The notes under the pieces: model-generated
Told to the model about the DNA's origin: nothing
The model's input: the letters and a program-made list of their open reading frames with translations, nothing else
Databases searched by the model: none
Position numbers and translations under genes: made by a program
Part shown: positions 48,201 through 56,459 of the stretch, piece by piece
Numbering within the stretch: position 1 is the stretch's first letter
How the letters are laid out: each line of letters starts with the position of its first letter
DNA from: Hyphochytrium catenoides
Lineage: Eukaryota; Protista; Hyphochytriomycota
DNA length: 56,459 bases
Reading direction: 5' to 3'
Assembly: GCA_900088475.1 (NCBI GenBank)
Contig: FLMG01001444.1
Coordinates: forward strand, 1 to 56,459

Positions 48201-51200
48201 TAGCTCTGAGCTTAGCATGTTATTGATGTGATTCAGGACAGCCGCCGTGCTGCCGGTATGAGGAGAAACGACGCCAAGACGTTTGTATGCGTTAGAATCG
48301 GGCCTCAGAAGCAGAGCAAATATTTCGAATGAGGTACTGCTAGCCCAAAACATGACAAAAACAACAAGCTGACTCAGTTGATGAGCCATGAAAAGAATGG
48401 GTAACCCAGGAGATGGTATAGCGGCCCCAGGAGCAAGACGTACCTCAAAAGGTGTCCAGAGGCAAGCGCTCTCCTGCCCGACTTCTTCGAGACAAAGAAG
48501 ATGTCTTCGACCACAGTTGAGCTGTGTGTCGAGGTAGGCTGAGGCAAAAAGATGGTCCATCAAGAGATAAAACAACGGCCAAAGGGGAGAAGCACGCATA
48601 CATGGCAGAAAGCTTGTTAAATAAGGCTAGACAGTGTCAACTTATAATATCTGGGCACTGAGCATCGTTACAAGCCTTGATCTAATGGACGTCCAGGGTA
48701 GACAAACGCGAAGAGGATTTACTCACCTCGTCTATTCGTCCTGCCTTCCTGGCACTTTCTACCAGTAGAACATTCTCTAGCACTGAGTACTGGCTTGCTA
48801 GCTCAGAGACGGCCTTAAGAAGAGAATCAGACGAAGCAGGCTACTCAATAGATGCGGCGTGGTGAAAGTGACAACACAATCCCCGTTTCCATAGAGGAGA
48901 AGGAGGTCGACAAATGGCATGGAAGGGCAAAAGGGTGGAGAGGCTGCAGCCTGAAGGAGGAAAGAAACGACAATTTTCAGGCCTTCTGTCAATGCAGTCA
49001 TACCCGGTCGAGCCCTCCTTCTTCAGGAAGCTGGTATTGCACTCTGCCGTCTGTGATGGCTTTCCTCGCCTCGGCGTACTTTCCTTTGACAAATCTATCG
49101 TATATTGCGGTGTGCTGGCAAACGATGGCTATCTAGAAATGTAACAAGGCAGCGCCAAAGTGAGAAGAGACATAGAGCAGTCTAAGGGTCCGTAACTGGG
49201 GCCCTAATGACGGTCAGTCAGTGCAAGAAGAGAATATTGAGGAGTCTGAGTGTAAGGCGCCCAAGCAAGAGGGTTTCAGAGAGAAGGTGGAGCACCTCGT
49301 CAAGCAGCTGATCAAGTTCCATTAGTGCCTTCGTACTGTCATGATCGGACTGGTCCTCTGACTCGAACCTGTTTTCTGAAAGGAAGCTTCCCGGGCCCTT
49401 CATCCTTATATACTGTTGGACTAGCTTCGAGGTAACGCGATCGCAAAGGGAATGGAGCTACAGGGTAATAAGGACACGCAAACGAGTCAGACCAGAGTTG
49501 AGAAAGCTCAAAGCACAAGGGTTTTCTAGGTAGCACGTTCTATCAAGGTTGTGCTGATAATCTTGCAAGCAAGGGCAATGTGCTGATAATCTTGCAGGCA
49601 AGGGCAATGTTTTGTTATGCATGGGCCGTTGCCGTCTAATGTCCCCTCTTATGGCTATGTTACGTAACCTATGGCTTTCTTGTCGAAAGGCCTCTCACCT
49701 CTACAATCAACGCACATTCGCCTTGGACGCTGTGAAAATGCTTTGCCATTGTGGGCTCGCTCTGCTGCACAAGCGAGGCGGTCGCATTGAAAGCTTCTGA
49801 GAGACGTGCAAGTATCTCTTGGGTGGAAGTTGGCAGCCCAGCTTCGGTTTGTTGACTCTGTAGTTCCGCCTGAAGCTTTTCTTTCAGGTAGTTTAGGTAC
49901 CGCCTGAGGCCCTAAAGGGCGAGCAAACAGCGGAGACACATGAGATAATCGACGAAACGTTTGAGTTTGGTGCTGAGAGAGACAGTGTGTAGCAAGCCAT
50001 TCAGCTTAGCTTGAAAAATAGAGAAAAATAGAGACAGAGATAAGCTGCGCCATGAGGGATAGAAGCGCTATCATGGAGGGCGATGTGAAGGGAGTCTATT
50101 CAAGAGAGAAAGAGGGCAATCAAGGAGATAAGGACGTTAACAGGTAAGCAGCTGAAAGAGAGTACAGAGAAGCCTAGTACATCTTCTGCCATGCCCAGAT
50201 TCTTGAAAAGTGTAGAGTATCTTGTGACATCGGCTGCATTGTTGGAGTCCACACTGCTCTCAAAGAGGGAGATGACAATATCCTTCAGGCGGGATTCCGT
50301 CTCCACCATCAGCTGAGAAGAAGAAAGGTCCATATTGATCAGACAGTCAAAGGAAAGAAACTAACGGCGATAGTGATATAGGCAGGCGAGGGTCGTGGCG
50401 CATAGCGGGCAGAGAGAAATGGCTTCATTTCCGTAAGGGCGCGTAACAAGGCAAAGAGAGTCAAGATAAGGAGACGAAGCGGCAAGGGGTCGCCATAATG
50501 AAGATTAGGCTTTGGAGCCACACCTGTTTGTCCTCAGGGCTTATCTTCAGTAGTCCTGAGCTCTCCACCTCTCTAAACCCTCCAACAAACTCCGCAGCCC
50601 TTTCATAGTCCTGAGCCGCCAGCGCCTTTTGCACGCCTTCGACACTCTCTTTGCAGTTGATGAGAAGGTCAACTCTGGAGAGAGTCTAGAAGAAGAGGTG
50701 ATCAAGACTGAATGGGATAAACAGGAGAAGAGAGGGAGCCGTCACAGGTCACAAAGCAAGGAGAGCAGGCGTAGCGCGCCACGAACAGTAGCGACTTCAG
50801 ACATATGGGGAGATAGGAAGGGCTAACCAGAAAAAATTCGCGTACCTTCTGAACACGGCTCTGAGCGAGATCCAGCTGACGAACTGCACTCACCACCTAA
50901 GGGAAGGAGAACGAAAAATATTGAGGAGATCCGGTCTCTTACAAGCAGGTACGCAAAGAGGGACGGTGGAAAACAGGAGATGTCATTGGAGAGGGACAGC
51001 GAAATTAATAGGAGCGGACCTTGAACGAAATGGCAATAGGTAGAGAGTACGCAGAGGGGTTAGGAGATGTAGAGCAGAAGCATACGACAGCGAGAGAGAG
51101 AGATTTAGCCTTAGCGAAAAAAGCACTAACACTTCTCTATTACCTTCTCGGAGATACTTTTGCCCTCTCCGATTCTCTCGGCCATGACTTCCGTTTTGCT

Positions 51201-51912
51201 GCAAATATCTTCAATCTTAGGAGCCATGGCCAGCACCTCCCCTAACAAGGCAGGCAAGCTCTTCCCTTCGTGGGAGGGCGGAGCACCGACTTACGAATGT
51301 GCAACAAGGGAGATAAAAGTAGCATTAGAGGACAGCATATAGAGAGGGACACATGCAAGTGACGGGGGAAGACTCTGGGCCCGGTAAACTTAGAAGGACG
51401 AGGCATAGCAGCGGGACATAAGAGGATCCTCCAGAGACTTCAAGTGGCAAGCATTGATAAGCTCATCCGTGCGAGCCAACGCTACCAGGACGGCCGAACT
51501 ACAACTTCCGATGAAGTCTTGTGCCTCTCACTTACTCTCGGTGGCTTCTTTGATAGGATAATAGTAGAGGTATTCATCGTGTTGCAACCAATAGTCTATT
51601 TCTTTTTTCAACTCTCGCTCTCGCTCTTCCGTGAGGCGCAACTCCTCTTCTATCTTCTTCCGGTCATCCAGCAGCCGTACCTAAACGTCAGACAACGGCA
51701 CCGAGAGGCAAGGTTTACAAAGGCTTCAAGAGCACAGAATAACCAGAGGAGAGACACTCTTCTGAGGGAAGAAAAGAAGTTAAAGCAGAGAGAGACAGTC
51801 ACCAGCCAAGTGAGTCAGCATTTTTCTGTGAGAGAAACAGGCAGAATGTTGAGCCCTCAGCCCATTTGATCTACCCTACCTTTTCGATAGTCCACCCTTT
51901 AGAAAGCGGCAT
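45228..51912 (-). CDS. COG4: Conserved oligomeric Golgi complex subunit 4, many exons
   Basis: SISEK|VVSAVRQLDLAQSRVQ, ALAAQDYERAA, VTRYSTLFKNLG, ELDQLLDE, SSTVVEDIFFVSKKSGRRALASG, LGALQLDKDLR, DRFDRLSSICEIL and a C-terminal GLRVDFESADIVLLQLK-stop. The first exon is MPLSKGWTIEK at 51912. Not every central exon was traced. Confidence 0.88.
49550..49609. repeat. 29-bp tandem duplication in a COG4 intron
   Basis: tgtgctgataatcttgca(a/g)gcaagggcaa occurs twice. Confidence 0.85.
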
Positions 51913-52438
51913 TGTTTCCCCGTTGATGCAAGCGAGAGGGTTCGCCAACTACTTTCCTTCTTCAGTTCACTTGGCCCGGGCAGCGCCTCATTGCATTGCT
52001 GTCTCAGCAGAGGATCATGCCTGACTTCTAGGGAGCCTTGTTCGGAAGAGCACACCCGGATGCGATGAAACGACGGCGGGACCGGGGAAGCTTAGGCTCG
52101 CTAACCCAAGGCTTTGATAACGACAGGATGGCGATGATGGGAAGGCCTCTCTTCTCTCCAGGCTTCCATAAGCAGCAGACTTTCTGCCGCGTCGGTCGTC
52201 AGGAGTCCTTCGTCTCCTTTGTCTGTCTGTCTGTCTCCTTGATATTGGGAACAAAATCATCATCGCAATCATGGCGGTTTGCGGCTCATTCATGCGTCTA
52301 CGAAAATATCTGGACGGCGGCTTTCTTCACAAGAAATGGAAAGTCCTGTGTGATGGTGGAAGAGAGACCTGTATCGGTTACCACAGTAAGCTTGAAAGAC
52401 ATTCATGGCGAAAATATCAGGAAGGCAGATCAAGGTTG

Positions 52439-54982
52439 TTAACAAAAATTGCTTCTCTTGCTTCCTCTCTTCTTCTCCTCAAGAAGCTCATTCCTTCCTC
52501 CTCGCTCATCGATGCGGTGCAAGCCAACGTCCGCCTCTCTTTCCTCCATCCAGGACTCTAAGACAGTGTAGAGAATACCTCTATCTCTTCATAGACTTCC
52601 AACTAATCACTAAGAGAGAGAAAGGGAGGAAATCTATTCAGAGAAAGTGCGCCGGGCCCGAGGAGAGAAGTTGCATTAGCGAGACGACATGACATGAGAA
52701 GAGAGGAAGATTTTTTTTGTGTGTCTTGGGCAAGGCGGTTGAGCCATGTTCAAGGGAATAGATTGACAGCGGTCGAGGTACCGCTCTTTAGCCTGGTCGT
52801 ACAATTAATATGACTGAAGGAAGGTTATTTGTGGGTCTTTGAAGCCCTACGGCCCTGCGCAGATGCCTTCTCCAGCTCCTTCTTCACAACGAGGGTGGAT
52901 GTGGGGCTGCTCTTTCCGCTCTTCTTAGCTTGTTTCTGTTCTGCCTTTGCCTTAATAACCTCACTGATGTTGGTCAGCTTGTTCTCCTCTCGTTCAAGAG
53001 AAGGGGTAGCGGAAGTGCTCCCCCTCTTCTTCCTCCTCCTCTTGTGCTTCTCGGAGTGGGCAGAAGCGCCATCATCGTTATTAGCCTCCATATCATCTTC
53101 TCTGTTGGCGTCGGGTACAGAGACACTTTCTGACATTTCAGAGTGTGTCTCCGAAGGAGAAATTGCGGAATGGGATTCTGACTTCTGCTCTCCATTCGCC
53201 GTCATAATGGTGGTAGGCGCTTCAGCCGAGAGGGCATTACCTTTGGGCTGAATTTGCTCTTCCTCTGGTGCACTCCTCTCCGCTACTTCTTCAACCGCAG
53301 TCTCCGCCATGGCATCTTCTGCCGCGTGCCAGGGGAGATCATTGTGCGCAGGAAGACCTGCTTAAGGAATGGCCAACCAGGAGAGAGCAGATGAGATTGT
53401 GCCACTATTTAGTCTACTGGAGATCAGGGACACAGTCATAATCTATCAAGAAAGGCGCCATCCTGGAATATATGGGCCGCCGGGATAGAGCTAGAGGATA
53501 GCGAAGGTCAAAGATAACCCGACAGCAGATAGAGCAGAAAGAAGACTGACAGGCATAATGTGACGGTGACAGGGAGAACTACAGCAGCGATACTACGGTA
53601 CCTAAGTCGGCTTCGTTGAGCATAGACAGAGGGTGAGAAGAAGCCATTTGCTGCTCCTGTGGATGAGCTGCCGAGGAAGCCGTAACTGAGGCATCCACAT
53701 CCTCTACAGAAAGCCGCTCGGTAGATTGTGAGGGTTGTGCTTGACCTGCAACAGGGGACGAAGAGGTAGAAGAGGAGAGCGGAACTGCCTCTTCGGTCGC
53801 TACCCTGTCGGACCACAGTGCTGTCACATCCACATCTATTACATTGGACACACCAGGCACACCCTGCGCATCCAAACTGACAGAAGGCTCTGCTCCATTC
53901 TCTCGCTCTGGGTCTTGTTGACCTTTCTTGGACAATGACGTCTTAGCTCGGAGCTGAGCTTTCGCTTCCTGCTTCTTTGCTCCTTCTGCCATTTGCTCTC
54001 CAGTAGTCTTATGGCCTTCCGTTGTGTCCAGACCCTCCTTCTTCTTCCCTCCGACTGCCACGTCGACTCCGGTATTTGTTCCCTTCTTTGCAAGATGGCT
54101 TTGGTCCAGCTTTACCGTTGCTTTGCTAGGTGACTGTGGTTCGCCTGCGAAAGCTTCCTTCTTGGGAGAAGATGGCTTTGACTCCACTGCGGCCGCCTTC
54201 TCTTCGCCTTCTTTCCTCGACGGAGAAAGAGCTCTCGCTGTCGCTGAAGGAACAGTTTTTGATGGGCTAGTCTCCGTCTTCTTCTTAGGAGAAGTCGACT
54301 TGCTTCCCTGTTTCTCAAAAGCATCTGCGACCTTCTTCTGGACTTTCTCCTTTTCCTGAAGGGAACGAGTGTCCATAGAATGGCGGGAGAGGCCCGCAGC
54401 CACCACACTCTCAACGTTTAGCAATTGCTCAGTACCCTGGCGACGAGAAACCGATCGTCTCTTATCCTTGTCACGATGGTGGTGGATCTTTTCCGACTTC
54501 TTTCTTTCTCTCTTTCCACCTCGTAAAGGAGATTCTAGCGGTTGTTCAATATACAGCTTCTTATCGCTCAGATCTGCGGAGTCCCATAAAGAATCTTCTC
54601 CAGCCTCCAACTTCTTTTCAAAGGATGAGAGAGAGATACCCCGAGGTGTACCATTATCTTCTCCATTCGAATCTTCTGCACCCTCAACTCTTATCTTCTT
54701 TTCTCCTCTTTGAGCTGCTCGAGGAGAGAGCCCCCGTTTTTGTATGGATGGAGATGCTTTTTCTAAAGTTGACGGTTGATGAGAAGTCAGTTTGACGGGT
54801 GTTTCCAGAGATTTGGGCCTTGAGGCTGCGAGCAACTCTTTCTTCTTAGCGGGTGAAGACGGAGCTGAGCTTGCTTTCTTCTCCTCCTCCTCAGCCTTAG
54901 TGAAGAGAAGTATGGCGCCGATGGTTACGGCAACAGCCGCAATACCAGCGGCAATGAATGCGCTGTTAGAATGAGACGCCAT
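52439..54982 (-). CDS. Hypothetical K/E/S-rich low-complexity protein with N-terminal signal-anchor; ~3 exons
   Basis: The 467-aa ORF starts MASHSNSAFIAAGIAAVAVTIGAILLFTK and splices (G|GTACCG...CAG|GT) to the ORF 52825..53310 frame. A possible last exon is QSWMEERE...KRSNFC-stop at 52439. Confidence 0.65.
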
Positions 54983-55976
54983 TGTTTCTGGAGCTCAAGC
55001 CGAACAGTAGGCACTTTCAAAGGGCGGAACAACTGAGATTTCCAATAGGGAATGGACTCTTCATACGGCGAGATCCTAAGAGGTACGTAATGGGCTGCTG
55101 TGGGCCTTCCCAACGCTGTTTCCCCAGGAGCGACAAAGCGTGCTAAGGATCAGCTACTTGCCCCACCTGGTGGCGTTCACTTACGTCACCTCTAAAGCAA
55201 TATGCGTAAGCACCTTCGTATTGTTGGCTTGTCAAAGCTCTTCAATACTGCCAAAGGCATTCAATCAGTGCCGTATGCAAAATCTCTTTTGGCTGTGGAA
55301 AGCTCGTCTGCGCAGCAGATAATCTGTTAGAGCTTTTCCCTTTGTCCGTGGTCAGATCTGTGGTAAGGATTTCTTCGGCGATTTGTATGATGAAAGATAA
55401 AGGGCAGACACAGAGAGGGGTTGTGAAATTGGCTTTTGACAATTTGATTAATGACAGAAGGCAGTGACAAATTCATGTCACTTTCCGAAAGCACCTTTGC
55501 GATGATAGCTCTTTCTGATTGCCTAGACCAAATTTGACGGCGAGCAAACAGCAAAGATTACAGGATGTCAAAATGGCTCTTTGTGCTTGTACTTCTTGTA
55601 CTTGTACAGGAGCCAACAGATGTTAGGCATGCAGCCCACAGATCACCTCCCGTAGTAAGACTTTGTTTCAACCAGGTCACACTCTGGCACTCTGTCTCGT
55701 TCATTGGTTGTTTGCCCCTTCATTTTGTCTTTTCATGCCTGCCTCTTCGTCGGATATCTCTGCTAAAGAGTGCTGCACGCTTACTTACCTCTTCGCACGC
55801 TGTCTGCCATGTTCCTGTTCTCGATAAGGGGCTTACTGCCTCTCTTCGTCTCTGTCTCTCTCTCACCTGTTCCACTTGCATTCTTATTTCACTTCTACCT
55901 ACCGAGTACAACCTCAAGCCTCCCTTGTAGGGAAATTGGTTATCGGTTTTCTGGTCCAGTAGTGGCGAAGATCAAG

Positions 55977-56282
55977 GTCTCTCTCTCTCTCTCTCTCTCT
56001 CTCNNNNNNNNNNNNNNNNNNNNNNNNNNNNNNNNNNNNNNNNNNNNNNTCTCTCTCTCTCTCTTGCTCTCTTGCTCTCTCTCTCTCTTGCTCTCTCTCT
56101 CTCTGTCTCTTGCTCTCTTGCTCTCTTGCTCTTGCTCTCTTGATCGCTCGCTCTTTATTGCTCGATCTCTCTCTCTATCGCCCTCTTGCTCTCTCTCTCT
56201 CTTGCTCTCTCTCTCTCTCTTGCTGTCTCTCTGTCTTTCTCTCTCTCTCTCTCTTTCTTGCTCTCTCGCGCTCTCTCTCACC
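55977..56282. repeat. (CT)n/CTTG-interrupted microsatellite containing N gap 56004-56049
   Basis: Visible pyrimidine tract. Confidence 0.95.
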
Positions 56283-56459
56283 TCTCCGTTGTCCCCTTCG
56301 TAATTCTTCCTATCAGCCGTTCTTGAGCTCTTCAATGAGCGGATCTTGCCGGTAGAGGGTAGAGGCACTTGACTTACTGCTTCCTAAGCTGATAAGATGA
56401 TGACTCTCTGGTTTGAGGTAAGCTGTGGTGTGCGGGCACATTCTCAGAGAGATGCAAGC

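Noticed and set aside
55140-56390. Possible further minus-strand gene at the window end
   Set aside because: The exon-like fragments could not be joined into a consistent model and are interrupted by an N gap.

Overview
Eukaryotic nuclear DNA, not prokaryotic. It has many short canonical GT-AG introns, the standard genetic code, (GA/CT)n microsatellites and three N gaps. A 4-EF-hand CDPK and the sequence style suggest a SAR-type (stramenopile-like) protist, but that is inference. The window has two parts. About 1-16 kb is gene-sparse and accessory-looking: an intronless bacterial-style GNAT, an intronless secreted Reeler-domain protein, a 3-exon globin with an MGQC acylation motif and 12-aa SPRK repeats, a type I membrane protein, and a ~10-copy ~70-bp hairpin-containing minisatellite. 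About 16-55 kb is a dense, intron-rich housekeeping block: FolD, a peroxisomal (SKL) DHAP acyltransferase, a PX-like protein, SFT2, DcpS, a PTPMT1-like phosphatase, a CDPK, COG4 and a signal-anchored low-complexity protein. The best candidates for new biology are a CDPK with an apparent mitochondrial presequence plus hydrophobic segment lying head-to-head with PTPMT1, the acylated repeat-tailed globin, and a DcpS with an N-terminal membrane anchor. No CRISPR array, rRNA, tRNA or recognisable transposase was seen. All gene models were spliced by eye and no database searches were run.
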